DNA from: a virus
IMG/VR virus record: IMGVR_UViG_2902405164_000001
Coordinates: 1,012-65,011 of that record
Reading direction: 5' to 3' (one strand)
DNA: 64,000 bases
Positions within the stretch are counted from its first letter, which is position 1; every line of letters begins with the position of its first letter. A program made the translations under genes and the position numbers. This document shows positions 33,648-43,104 of this stretch, in pieces. The notes under the pieces were generated by a model. That model was not told where the DNA came from, ran no database searches, and worked only from the letters and a program-made list of their open reading frames with translations.

Positions 33648-35168
33648 ATGGCTGCTGGCCTGAACTACGGCGTCGATGTCAACAACTTCGTCAACGTCAT
33701 CGTCACCCTTGATAGGTTGGCTGCGCTCTACCGCAACTTTGGCGTCGGTCTCATTCTCGGCTCCACGCCGGGCGTGATCGACACCAACGAGCGGCTTCGC
33801 GCCTATTCCGGTATCACCGGAGTCGCAGAGGACTTCGGCACGAACTCGCCCGAGTACCTTGCCGCGTTGGCTTACTTCAGCCAATCACCGCAGCCCTCGC
33901 TGGTCTACATCGGTCGCTGGGCTCAGACGGCTACGCACGGCCACATCCGTGGGGCGACGCTAGCCCCAGCGCAGCAGTTGCTGAGCAACTTCACGGCCGT
34001 CACGGCTGGCGCATTGTCGATCAGCGTTGATGGCACGGCAAAGAATATCACCGGCATCAACCTCAGCACGGCTCTGAACCTGAATGGGGTGGCGAGCCTC
34101 ATTCAGACCGCGCTGGTTGCTGGCGGGGCGACTGGCGCCGTTGTGACTTGGAATAGCGTCTACAGCCGCTTTGAAGTCACGTCGGGAACGACTGGCGCTA
34201 CGTCGTCGGTGGGATATGCGACGACGGCCCCGAGCGGCACTGATCTCGGGCCGCTGCTGCACCTCACCAGCGTAGACGCTTCGGCGCCTGTCGTCGGCCA
34301 AGTCGCAGAGACGATGCTGACCGCAGTTGCCGCGCTCGCGAGCATCTCAACGGCTTGGTATGCCCTGATCCTCGCCCCGGTGACCCCGGCGGCTGACGCG
34401 GACACGATCGCCGTCGCCTCCTTCATTGAGGGTATCAGCACCAGCCAGAGCCGCATCGTCGGCATCACGACGCAGAATGCCAACGCCCTCGACGGCACTC
34501 AGTCGGCTGATCTGGCGAGCCAGCTTCAGTCGCTGAACCTCTCGCGCACGTTCATCCAGTACTCCTCCAACAATCCCTATGCCGCGGCATCCTTGTTTGC
34601 CCGCATTGCGACCGTGGATTGGGAAGGCAGCAAGACCGCGATCATCTTGGCCTACAAGCAGCAGCCGGGCATCGCAGCCGAGCGGATCAATCAGAACCAG
34701 TTCAACACGCTAGTCGCGAAGAACTGCAACTCGTACATCATCGTGAGCAATGGCACCTCCATCGTTTGGCCGGGTGTCATGTCCAACGGTGACTATATCG
34801 ACGAACGTGTCATCGCGGACTGGTTCCAGAACCGCATCCAGACCGACGTCTATAACCTGCTCTACGAGACCCAGACGAAGATCGGGCAGGACAACGATGG
34901 TATGAACACCATCAAGGGCGTGATCACGGGCTCTTGCACGGTCGCGGTTGGCAACGGTTCGGTCGGGCCAGGCATCTGGTTGGGTCCGCCGACCGGCATC
35001 CTGAAGACCAATGACCCGCTGCCGTCCGGCTTCTACATCTTCGTTCCGGATATCGCCACGCAATCACAGGCGGATCGCGCGGCGCGCAAGAGCGTGCCCT
35101 TCCAGATCTGCGCAAAGCTTCGCGGCGGCGTCATGCGCGTCTCCATCTCCGCTGACCTCGACCGCTGA
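33648..35168 (+). CDS. Tail sheath protein (DUF3383 type)
   Basis: DFGTNSPEYLAA..YFSQSPQP...IGRW; size and position. Confidence 0.9.
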   Translation: MAAGLNYGVDVNNFVNVIVTLDRLAALYRNFGVGLILGSTPGVIDTNERLRAYSGITGVAEDFGTNSPEYLAALAYFSQSPQPSLVYIGRWAQTATHGHIRGATLAPAQQLLSNFTAVTAGALSISVDGTAKNITGINLSTALNLNGVASLIQTALVAGGATGAVVTWNSVYSRFEVTSGTTGATSSVGYATTAPSGTDLGPLLHLTSVDASAPVVGQVAETMLTAVAALASISTAWYALILAPVTPAADADTIAVASFIEGISTSQSRIVGITTQNANALDGTQSADLASQLQSLNLSRTFIQYSSNNPYAAASLFARIATVDWEGSKTAIILAYKQQPGIAAERINQNQFNTLVAKNCNSYIIVSNGTSIVWPGVMSNGDYIDERVIADWFQNRIQTDVYNLLYETQTKIGQDNDGMNTIKGVITGSCTVAVGNGSVGPGIWLGPPTGILKTNDPLPSGFYIFVPDIATQSQADRAARKSVPFQICAKLRGGVMRVSISADLDR

Positions 35169-35182
35169 TCTAGGGGCACACT

Positions 35183-35644
35183 ATGGCCGGGCCTATCGCT
35201 TATTCGTTTCTTGACATTGTGGCTTCCATCTCGGGGCCAGGTGGTTCGTTCTCCCTGTCGGATGGCGGTGTTGCCGACGAAGGCATCACCATCGCCATGA
35301 CCGATGACAAGACCACGATGATCACGGGCGCTGGCGGCGATGGCATGCACTCGCTGCACGCCGCCAAGTCTGGTCGGGTGACGGTCCGCTATCTGAAGAA
35401 CAGCCCGAAGCATCGCCAGCTCCAGGCTCTCTATAACTACCAGACGACCAGTTCGGCCTATACCGGGCAGAACGTCATCTCCATCGCCAACCCGGTTTGG
35501 GGCGACGACTTCCAGTGCAAGTACGGCGCTTTCGTCAAGCTGCCGGACAACGTCAACGCCAAGGACGGGAACGTCATGGAGTGGGCGTTCAATTTCATTG
35601 AGATCGACCCGCAGCTCGGTGATGGCACCCTGGCCGCTGTCTAA
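35183..35644 (+). CDS. Tail tube protein
   Basis: YSFLD...ADEGITI...GAGGDGMHSL...SG.VTVR. Confidence 0.9.
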   Translation: MAGPIAYSFLDIVASISGPGGSFSLSDGGVADEGITIAMTDDKTTMITGAGGDGMHSLHAAKSGRVTVRYLKNSPKHRQLQALYNYQTTSSAYTGQNVISIANPVWGDDFQCKYGAFVKLPDNVNAKDGNVMEWAFNFIEIDPQLGDGTLAAV

Positions 35645-35655
35645 GGCCCTGACCC

Positions 35656-36075
35656 ATGGCTGAGTTCGACATCAAGGGCGTCACCTACCGCTCTGGCAAG
35701 ATGGTCGGCCTGACGCAGATCCACGTCCTGCGCCGCGCCGCCCCCGTCATCAAGCCGCTGTTCTCCGGCATGGCGACCGGCATGACCCCTGATGTGGCCG
35801 GTGCCATCATTGAGGGGCTTGGTGAGCTGCCCGACGAGAAGATGAACTACATCCTCGACCACACGCTTGCGGTCGTGGAGATGAAGCAGGACGATCAGCG
35901 CTGGGCGAAGATCAAATCGACCAACGGCATGGCGTTCATGTTCGACGAGATCGGGCGCAACGGCCTGCTGATGCTCACGATCAGCGCCTACGTCCTCTAC
36001 GACAACTACTACCCGCTTTTTCTCGAAGCCCCCTTGCTTTTCAGCGGCGGGGGCCAGTTCCAGCTACCGAACTAG
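35656..36075 (+). CDS. Tail assembly chaperone (gpG-like)
   Basis: Position after tube; EFDIKG..YR..K. Confidence 0.8.
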   Translation: MAEFDIKGVTYRSGKMVGLTQIHVLRRAAPVIKPLFSGMATGMTPDVAGAIIEGLGELPDEKMNYILDHTLAVVEMKQDDQRWAKIKSTNGMAFMFDEIGRNGLLMLTISAYVLYDNYYPLFLEAPLLFSGGGQFQLPN

Positions 36076-36080
36076 TCCAG

Positions 36081-36257
36081 ATGCCGGACAGCGAGGAGTG
36101 GTATCTCCAGCCCATCGAGTTCGGATACTACAGCTACGCGGATCTGAAGACCGGCGTCATCCAGATTGAGGACATCGCCGAGATCAATGACATGATGCGC
36201 GCCAACGCGGAGAACCGCTGGCGGCTGCACGAAGCCAACAAGCCCAGCGGCGGGTGA
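36081..36257 (+). CDS. Second tail chaperone segment (gpT-like; not in track)
   Basis: MPDSEEWYLQPIEFGYYSYADLKTGVIQIEDIAEIND...EN; in -1 frame and open back into the chaperone 3' end. Confidence 0.75.
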   Translation: MPDSEEWYLQPIEFGYYSYADLKTGVIQIEDIAEINDMMRANAENRWRLHEANKPSGG

Positions 36258-36295
36258 TGCTTCCGTGTCTCGCGTTTGGGTGCTACGCCTTCTGA

Positions 36296-36592
36296 ATGCC
36301 GATGCCGCCGCGCCATCCCGACCGACGCTCTGTTGACGAGTTGGTTGAGGAACTGCGCGATGAGGCCGAGGATCTTGCCCAAGATTTGAAGGGCATTCCG
36401 GCGCAGGAGACCGTCTGCGGCGAGGCGGCTCAGGCCCTTGAGGAATACGGCGCCGCGCTCAGCCAGATCGCGGCCGGCGCAGACGATCCGAAAGCCGTCG
36501 CTGCCGAGGCTCTGGCCCTCGCCAAGCCCCTGCTGCCGATCGGCGATGCGCCCGACACACTGCGCGATCTGCTGAAGCCACGACGAACCTGA
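36296..36592 (+). CDS. Hypothetical helical protein at the usual tape-measure position
   Basis: 98-aa acidic ORF. Confidence 0.6.
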   Translation: MPMPPRHPDRRSVDELVEELRDEAEDLAQDLKGIPAQETVCGEAAQALEEYGAALSQIAAGADDPKAVAAEALALAKPLLPIGDAPDTLRDLLKPRRT

Positions 36593-36617
36593 CGCTACCG
36601 GCCGGGGAGGGCGGTGC

Positions 36618-37385
36618 ATGTCCCTTCTCGGCGAACTCTCCTACGCGCTGATCCAGCCTAGCGCCCGCGCCATCGGTCAGATCTACGCTGATGTGACGGT
36701 CGAGGAGAGCCATCGGGATGAGGTCATCATCACCCAGCACCCGGTCGAGGGTGGCGGGGTCATCACGGACCATGCCTTTAAGCGACCGGCCGAGCTGGAG
36801 ATCCGCTGCGGCTTCTCCAACTCGTCGGCGGGCTACGTCGGCTACGTGCAGGAGCAGTACCGCGCCCTGCTGGCGCTGCAGCTCGCTCGGCAGCCGTTCA
36901 CGGTCTACACCGGCAAGCGCCGCTACCGGAACATGCTGATCCGAGGCCTGTCCGTCGTGACGGACCCGCACTCCGAGAACATCCTGATGGCGACCGTCGC
37001 CCTGCAGGAGATCGTCATCGTCTCGACCCAGACGACGAGTGCGGGGTCAGGGCAAGGAGGCAGCAGCGGCACTCCGGGCGGCAACGCCGACCAGGTTAAC
37101 CCGGCCTCTACCGGCAGCATCACCAACGGCGGCAGCGTCTCCGCCGTAGATGTCGGCCCGCAGGCCTTCTCGGGCGCTTTCAGCCCCGGTAGCACGGCTC
37201 AGCCCGGCGACCTCGGCCTCGGCGGCGCGGTCGGTGAAGGCTTGAGCGGGCTCAGCGCATCCAACTACTCTGTCGACGTCGGCGAGATGACCATTCAGGA
37301 CGGCGAGACAGGCGAGATCCTGAACCAGGGTCCGGAGCCAGCCCTGCCGCTCAACGTCTTCGGTGGCGGAAACCCCGGTTTCTGA
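36618..37385 (+). CDS. Baseplate/tail-tube initiator (Dit-like)
   Basis: EESHRDEVIITQHPVEGG..ITDHAFKRP, TGKRRYRNMLI. Confidence 0.85.
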   Translation: MSLLGELSYALIQPSARAIGQIYADVTVEESHRDEVIITQHPVEGGGVITDHAFKRPAELEIRCGFSNSSAGYVGYVQEQYRALLALQLARQPFTVYTGKRRYRNMLIRGLSVVTDPHSENILMATVALQEIVIVSTQTTSAGSGQGGSSGTPGGNADQVNPASTGSITNGGSVSAVDVGPQAFSGAFSPGSTAQPGDLGLGGAVGEGLSGLSASNYSVDVGEMTIQDGETGEILNQGPEPALPLNVFGGGNPGF

Positions 37386-37386
37386 C

Positions 37387-37704
37387 GTGACAACGGCTGT
37401 CGAGATCCCACTGAAGCCGTCGCAGGCTCAGCGCTTCACCATCACGCTGAGCGGCACGCTCTACAACATGCGGCTCACCTACAACGTCGCGCAGGATGGC
37501 TGCTGGGTGCTCGACATCGGCGACGCGAATGGAGCGATGCTCGTCGGCGGCATTCCGATGGTGACAGGTGTCGATCTGCTCTCGCAGTACCGCTACCTCG
37601 GTATCCCCGGCGCGCTGCTCGTGACCACGGACCGGGGCGCGGGCGAGGTGCCGACCTTCGACGGCCTCGGCGTCACGTCCCACCTCTACTACGTCGCGCC
37701 CTGA
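37387..37704 (+). CDS. Small baseplate protein
   Basis: EIPL...QRFTITL...GIPMVTGVDLLSQY; alternative start 37363. Confidence 0.8.
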   Translation: MTTAVEIPLKPSQAQRFTITLSGTLYNMRLTYNVAQDGCWVLDIGDANGAMLVGGIPMVTGVDLLSQYRYLGIPGALLVTTDRGAGEVPTFDGLGVTSHLYYVAP

Positions 37705-37707
37705 CCG

Positions 37708-38676
37708 ATGGGTGAGCAGTACCTCCGCACCGTCTCGGTCGAGATCGAGGGCGGTAAGACCTTCACCTATGTCGGCGACGAAAACGGCGGCCAGGGCCTC
37801 CGGATCACGTTCGAGACGACGCAGAAGGATGCCAGCACGCCGAACGTGGCGCGCATCGGCATCTTCAATCTGGCGGACAGCAGCACGCAGCCGGCCTTCT
37901 TCGTCGGTAAGACGGTGACGCTCTCGGCTGGCTACGTCGGCGAGCCGATCTACGTCCTGTTCAAGGGGGAGATCCGGCAGGCTCGCAATCTGCGGGCGGA
38001 CGTGACCGACAAGGTTCTGGCGATCCTAGCCACGGACGGGAGCACGCCCCGTAACTACGCGGTGGTGAACAAGACGCTCTCCAGCGGACACACCCATTAC
38101 GACCGCGCCATGGCCTGCTACGAGCCAATGAAGGCGCTCGGCATCGGCCTCGGCTATATCGACAATGACGCGCTCTCCAAGGTCAAGTTCCCGCGGGGCT
38201 GCGCCTTGTTCGGCAACGCCAAGGACTGGCTGCGGCAGACGGCGCAAGCAACCAAAACCTCGTGGTCGATCCAGAACGGCAAGCTGCAGATCCTCGCCAA
38301 CGACAAACCGCTTCCGGGCGGTGTCATAGTCCTGAACAGCCGGACCGGGCTGGTTGGCCTGCCGGTCCAGACGATCCAGGGCATTGAGGGGGTCGCACTG
38401 CTCAACGGTCAGATCGTGCCGGGCTGCACGGTTCAGATCGACCAGAAGGCCATCCAGCAAGCCGAGTTCGATCCGAGCATCACGGGCGCCCCGAATAATG
38501 CCCAGCTCCAGCGGTTCGGCATCTCGGCGGACGGCACCTACAAGGTCTTCTACGTCGGGCATCTCGGCGACACGCGCGGCGAGCCGTTCTTCACCAATTT
38601 CGTGGCGGTCGCCACCTCGGCGGGCTCCATCTCGCCGGCCATGGCAGCGCGCGGCATAGGCACGCCGAATGGATAA
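37708..38676 (+). CDS. Baseplate hub protein
   Basis: PN.A.I.IFNL, L.AGY, WSIQNGKLQI, TGLVGLP. Confidence 0.85.
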   Translation: MGEQYLRTVSVEIEGGKTFTYVGDENGGQGLRITFETTQKDASTPNVARIGIFNLADSSTQPAFFVGKTVTLSAGYVGEPIYVLFKGEIRQARNLRADVTDKVLAILATDGSTPRNYAVVNKTLSSGHTHYDRAMACYEPMKALGIGLGYIDNDALSKVKFPRGCALFGNAKDWLRQTAQATKTSWSIQNGKLQILANDKPLPGGVIVLNSRTGLVGLPVQTIQGIEGVALLNGQIVPGCTVQIDQKAIQQAEFDPSITGAPNNAQLQRFGISADGTYKVFYVGHLGDTRGEPFFTNFVAVATSAGSISPAMAARGIGTPNG

Positions 38677-40843
38677 TACCATCGCCTCGTTCCTCGTGGC
38701 CCTCGGCTTCGATGTGAACCAGGGCTCGCTCAACACCGCTAAGAAGTCGGTCGCCGACTATGAAAAGGCGGTTCGCGACGCCGAGCAGCGCATTGAGGAT
38801 GCGCGCTGGGAAGGCGCGAAGACCGCCGATGAAATCGCCAAGCTTACCCGCGAAGCGAACCTGAAAGAGGCGCGCGCCGCTCTCGCCACCGCGCAGGAGC
38901 GGGAGAAGGCCGAGAAGGAAACGGCTCGCAAGCGCGAGGAGCGAAACAAGGAGTTCATGGCCGGCATGAGCCGGCTGGCACTCGCCGCCACAGCCGCTGC
39001 GACAGCGATCAGCTATGCGGTGAACCGGGTCACGCAGGCATTCGACAACCTCGGTTTCGTATCGGCGCGAACCGGCGCCTCGGTGCAGAGCCTGAACTCA
39101 CTCGGCTATGCGTTCAAGCAGGTTGGTGGTTCCTCCGGGCAGGCGATCAGCGCGGTTGAGAAATTTGCCCAAGCGCTTCGGCAGAACGATGGTCTCAAGG
39201 CCTACGTTCAGAGCCTCGGCGTCGACACGACCAAGGACATGGCCGATCAGCTCCTCGACACGGTCGATGCGCTGTCGAAGCACGAGTACCAGGTTGGCAG
39301 CCGCGAAGCCGGCATGCTCGGCATCTCGGAGGAGGACTACAAGCTCCTGACGCAGTACGCGGCCAAGGTGAAGGAGTACCGGACCGAGTACGATGCCACG
39401 ACCAAGGCGCTAGGGGTCAACAGCAAGGAGGCGGCTGATGCCTCCATGGCATTCCAGCGCACGCTGACGCGCCTTCAGGCGACGGTGTCGGCACTGGGCG
39501 ACAAGCTGATGGTCAGCCTCGCCCCGGCTCTGGAGCAGATCGTCAAGCGGTTTCAAGAGTGGATTTCGGCAAACCCCGAGAAGGTCGAGCGCATCATGCG
39601 CGGCATCTCGGACGCCGTCGTCTGGCTCGCTGAAAAGCTCAGCGCCATGGTGACGTGGTTTGCGGGCAATGAGGGCGATGCGTTCATGAAGCGCTGGGAC
39701 GCCTTCGCGGATCGCGTCAAAGCCATCGCCAGTGCGTTCGAGACGATCTTTGGGGTGCTGAAAAAGATAGCGAGCGTCACTCAGCTCTCGACGATCCTGG
39801 GCGGCTACGACAAGGTCATCACGAGCATCCTAGCCGGGCCTGCCGCCTTTGAACGAGCCAACGGTGGCCCCGGTGTCGTCGTCACGCCGGGCGCGACCGC
39901 GGGTCCGGTTCGGGACACCCGGTCAATCTATCAGCGATACGCTCCGACAATCTTGGGCGGCAAGCCCGATCCGAACGCGCCTACGGACACCCGTGGGGGC
40001 CTTCGCGCCCGCGCAGCTCGTGCCATGCGAGGCGACCAGTCTGGCGGCGTCGCGGCCAATCCTGGCGCCTACAAAGACGTCTTGGATCACATCGCTCGGT
40101 CTGAGGGCACTGCGCACCGGCCTGGCGGGGGTTATAATACCTCGTTGGCGAACGGCCTACTTCTCCCTGGTGGGAAGGAGCAGGACTTGACCAAGCTCAC
40201 CCTTGACGAGATCGACGCCCTGCAGACCGGCATGCTTCGGAACCCTGCAAACAGCTGGAACAGCAGCGCCATCGGTAGGTATCAGGTCGTGCGGACAACC
40301 CTTCGAGCGCAGCGCGAGAAGCTGGGCCTGAAGGGGACAGATCTGTATGATGAGAAGCTTCAGGACCGCATCGGAGCCAATTTAGCCCGGCAACGCGGCG
40401 CCGACCCTGTGGGACTGAAAAACGAGTGGGCTTCGCTTGTCGGTGCGAAGAACGCGACGGCCGTCGCCTTGATGCAGAAGGTGGATCCGAAGGCATCCAC
40501 CATGCCGCTTGAGCGGCAGCCGATTGAGATCAAGGCGCCTAAAATCGAGGTCAAGGGTGCGGACGGCTCGGCCGCACCGCCTCAGATCCATGTCCCAGGG
40601 GTGCCGCGCATGATGCAGATGCCCGGCTTCGACGCCAGGGATTATATGAAGCCCGCGCCGGAAGCATCATCCTCGGTGGTCAACAGCGGCGGGAACTCCA
40701 CTAAGACGGTCACGCAGACGTTTCACAACAAGACGACCATCACGGGCGCCGAGAACCCGAAACAGGCAGCTGGGATCATGGAGAACGCATTTGGCCGGAT
40801 GCACGATCTGGCCTTGGCGAATGCTCAGTCGGCGACGGTCTAA
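38669..40843 (+). CDS. Tape measure protein with C-terminal GH104-like muramidase domain
   Basis: IASFLVALGF start, long helical body, IARSEGT...YN...SSAIGRYQ...QD. Confidence 0.85.
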   Translation: MDNTIASFLVALGFDVNQGSLNTAKKSVADYEKAVRDAEQRIEDARWEGAKTADEIAKLTREANLKEARAALATAQEREKAEKETARKREERNKEFMAGMSRLALAATAAATAISYAVNRVTQAFDNLGFVSARTGASVQSLNSLGYAFKQVGGSSGQAISAVEKFAQALRQNDGLKAYVQSLGVDTTKDMADQLLDTVDALSKHEYQVGSREAGMLGISEEDYKLLTQYAAKVKEYRTEYDATTKALGVNSKEAADASMAFQRTLTRLQATVSALGDKLMVSLAPALEQIVKRFQEWISANPEKVERIMRGISDAVVWLAEKLSAMVTWFAGNEGDAFMKRWDAFADRVKAIASAFETIFGVLKKIASVTQLSTILGGYDKVITSILAGPAAFERANGGPGVVVTPGATAGPVRDTRSIYQRYAPTILGGKPDPNAPTDTRGGLRARAARAMRGDQSGGVAANPGAYKDVLDHIARSEGTAHRPGGGYNTSLANGLLLPGGKEQDLTKLTLDEIDALQTGMLRNPANSWNSSAIGRYQVVRTTLRAQREKLGLKGTDLYDEKLQDRIGANLARQRGADPVGLKNEWASLVGAKNATAVALMQKVDPKASTMPLERQPIEIKAPKIEVKGADGSAAPPQIHVPGVPRMMQMPGFDARDYMKPAPEASSSVVNSGGNSTKTVTQTFHNKTTITGAENPKQAAGIMENAFGRMHDLALANAQSATV

Positions 40844-41184
40844 CAACCGGCCCGACATTGCACAGATCGGACGCGGATCATGTCGACCTCCTCGCCGTAG
40901 GTTGTCACCTCGGCAAGGGTTTCGCCTCGCTTCCATAAGAAGGTGCAGAGCGCGAGCCCTGTCCCAGAGCAGGCCGCGGCTTCAGGGTATCGGTCGCACA
41001 CATCTTCCCGACCATCACTGCAACCGCGCTTGTCGGCGGGGAGCGGTGCGGGCTGCCAGCCAAGCGCGGTCAGACTGTTGCGGGCCTCGTAGTAGAACGC
41101 GCCCTTTGGCACCCGCGGCACGGATCCAGCGGCATTCGCCACGGTGGCAAGTAAGAAAATCGCAGCGGCAAGGGCGTAGCGCAT
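40840..41184 (-). CDS. Secreted Cys-rich protein (moron)
   Basis: Signal peptide; six Cys; YEAR..L...GWQP...CSGTG...C.F.W. Confidence 0.8.
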   Translation of the reverse strand: MRYALAAAIFLLATVANAAGSVPRVPKGAFYYEARNSLTALGWQPAPLPADKRGCSDGREDVCDRYPEAAACSGTGLALCTFLWKRGETLAEVTTYGEEVDMIRVRSVQCRAGC

Positions 41185-41192
41185 AGCGGAGG

Positions 41193-41546
41193 CTACCTCT
41201 GAAACCGCGGCACAGGACGGACGGCATCGTCATCCTGCTGCTGCATCTGGGCCTGCGTCGTCACAAAGAGAGACAGAGACTTGTAGAAGGCGTGATAGGT
41301 TGAGCCTTGCTCGCTGGCGAACTTGTAGCTCTCTCGTTGCCTGGCCGGTGAAAGCCGGCCCCACACCGAGGTCACGACGTCGTAGCTGAACTGCTCATCG
41401 CGCACGCAACTGGCGATCAGCCCTTTGTCCCTCAGGCTGGCGCATGCGCGGTCCACATCGTGAGGCGGCACGGGCAGACCTTCAGCCGCTGCGATTGAAG
41501 GCAGGGCCAGACAGGCCGTCACGGCGGCGATGAGAGCGTAGCGCAT
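41193..41546 (-). CDS. Secreted protein (moron)
   Basis: Signal peptide starting MRYAL like its neighbour. Confidence 0.75.
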   Translation of the reverse strand: MRYALIAAVTACLALPSIAAAEGLPVPPHDVDRACASLRDKGLIASCVRDEQFSYDVVTSVWGRLSPARQRESYKFASEQGSTYHAFYKSLSLFVTTQAQMQQQDDDAVRPVPRFQR

Positions 41547-41552
41547 TGCGGC

Positions 41553-41580
41553 AAAATAATTGCCGGCCTACGCCTTTCAA
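41553..41580 (-). promoter_or_regulatory. Putative sigma70 promoter giving leaderless moron mRNA
   Basis: TTGAAA-N16-TATTTT, 6 nt before ATG 41546; overlaps cggcaa/ttgccg inverted repeat. Confidence 0.55.
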
Positions 41581-41590
41581 AGGGGCTCAA

Positions 41591-42229
41591 ATGGCGAACG
41601 GTTCAATTGATATCCGCGAGCGCTTTGCGGATGAGACCGAGCTGCTGGAAACCGTCGTTGATGGCGTCCTGTCGCGTCTGCCGAAGGCGGGGCCGGTCAC
41701 GCTGGCCGAGGACAGCGCGGACGGTCACACCGCGAAGCTGCAGCCGACGACCAAGGCGATCACCCGCAAGCCCGATGGCACGACGGAGGAGGTGACACTG
41801 CCTGTGATGCCGGATGTGCCGGTCCACTTCATGGGCGCAGGCGGCATCACGACGACCCTGGCCCTCAAGCAGGGCGACGAAGGCTTCAGCGTCCCTGCCG
41901 CGCTCGGCATCGACGGGTGGCATCAGAACGGCGGCGTGCAGTCGCCGGGCGACACCCGCCAGCATGCGATGTGGGATGCGGTCTTCGTCCCAGGTGTCCG
42001 GTCGGACCCGAACAAGCTGAAGGGCGTCTCAACCAACTCTACGCAGACGCGGACCGACGACAAGCAGACGGTCCACGACGTGAGCCACGCGGCTGTGACC
42101 GCTGTCCGTGAGCAGAGCGCCCATCAGGTCAACGGCATGGCCGTGCAGAGCCAGAAGGACGGCTCCAGCCACGTGGTGGATGCCAAGACGATCCAGCACG
42201 TTGCCTCCAAGATCTTGCTGAACTGCTGA
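41591..42229 (+). CDS. Baseplate central spike (gpV/Gp138-like)
   Basis: PDVPVHF.G.GG...L..GDEG...IDGW..G...DAVF.PG. Confidence 0.85.
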   Translation: MANGSIDIRERFADETELLETVVDGVLSRLPKAGPVTLAEDSADGHTAKLQPTTKAITRKPDGTTEEVTLPVMPDVPVHFMGAGGITTTLALKQGDEGFSVPAALGIDGWHQNGGVQSPGDTRQHAMWDAVFVPGVRSDPNKLKGVSTNSTQTRTDDKQTVHDVSHAAVTAVREQSAHQVNGMAVQSQKDGSSHVVDAKTIQHVASKILLNC

Positions 42230-43101
42230 TGGCCGGCGGCTTCGTACCTTTCGGGCAGAACCTCCAGCTTCAGGGGGGCGCCCCGCTGATGAAGGCCGTG
42301 ACGGTCTTCGTCGAAAAGCTCGGCATCACCAAGCGGCTCGACGGCGGCCCCGGCCTTCAGGGCTTAATGCAGAAGGTGCTGCAGGACGGCAACCTGTCGT
42401 CGGTGATGCAGAACCCGATGGCGGGGCTGACGCAGGGCATTCAAGGCCAGCTCGGCGGAATGGTCTCGCAGCTTCAGGGAATGGCTGGCGGTGGGCCAGC
42501 GGGGCTCATCTCCGCGCTGACCGGAGGCTCAGGGCTCGGCAACGCACTCGGCCAGTTACAGGCGTCGGGCGACAACCTCGCTGGCCTGACGAACGGCGCG
42601 ACTGGGTTCTTCGCCATGATCGGCCATGCCAACACGGCGGACATGGCGGGCGCTGGCCTGCCAGCCGCTGCCGCGATGGATGTCGTCACCGGTCCGCTCA
42701 CACAGGGCGGCTTCCTCGGCAGCGTTAACACCGTCCTGCCGCAGGTCGTCTCGCAGGTCGTCGCCGGCACGATGAACCCGACCGACGCGACCAACTACGT
42801 TCTCGGCCAGATCGCCATGATCGGCAGCATCACCTCCGGCTCAGCTGCGGCTCTGGCCTACGGCGAGCAGATGCACCCGCTGATCTCCACAGTTGCAACG
42901 GTCGCGGGTGCGCTCGCGGTGCCCCCGACCTTCGATGCCGCCGGGTATCGTCAGGAAGGGGTCGCCACCGGCTTTCAGGGCGTTCTGGCCTCCATCGTCC
43001 AGCCAGACCCTGCGGCAACCATGGCGGCCTCTGTGGCGGCTCAGATCGACCACGTCGTGCCGCCCCCGGTGGACGTGGCCGCGATGACCTCGCTGGACTG
43101 A
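42229..43101 (+). CDS. Gly/Ala/Gln-rich hydrophobic protein of unknown function
   Basis: 290 aa, no Cys or Trp, TGATG-coupled to spike. Confidence 0.75.
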   Translation: MAGGFVPFGQNLQLQGGAPLMKAVTVFVEKLGITKRLDGGPGLQGLMQKVLQDGNLSSVMQNPMAGLTQGIQGQLGGMVSQLQGMAGGGPAGLISALTGGSGLGNALGQLQASGDNLAGLTNGATGFFAMIGHANTADMAGAGLPAAAAMDVVTGPLTQGGFLGSVNTVLPQVVSQVVAGTMNPTDATNYVLGQIAMIGSITSGSAAALAYGEQMHPLISTVATVAGALAVPPTFDAAGYRQEGVATGFQGVLASIVQPDPAATMAASVAAQIDHVVPPPVDVAAMTSLD

Positions 43102-43104
43102 CCG

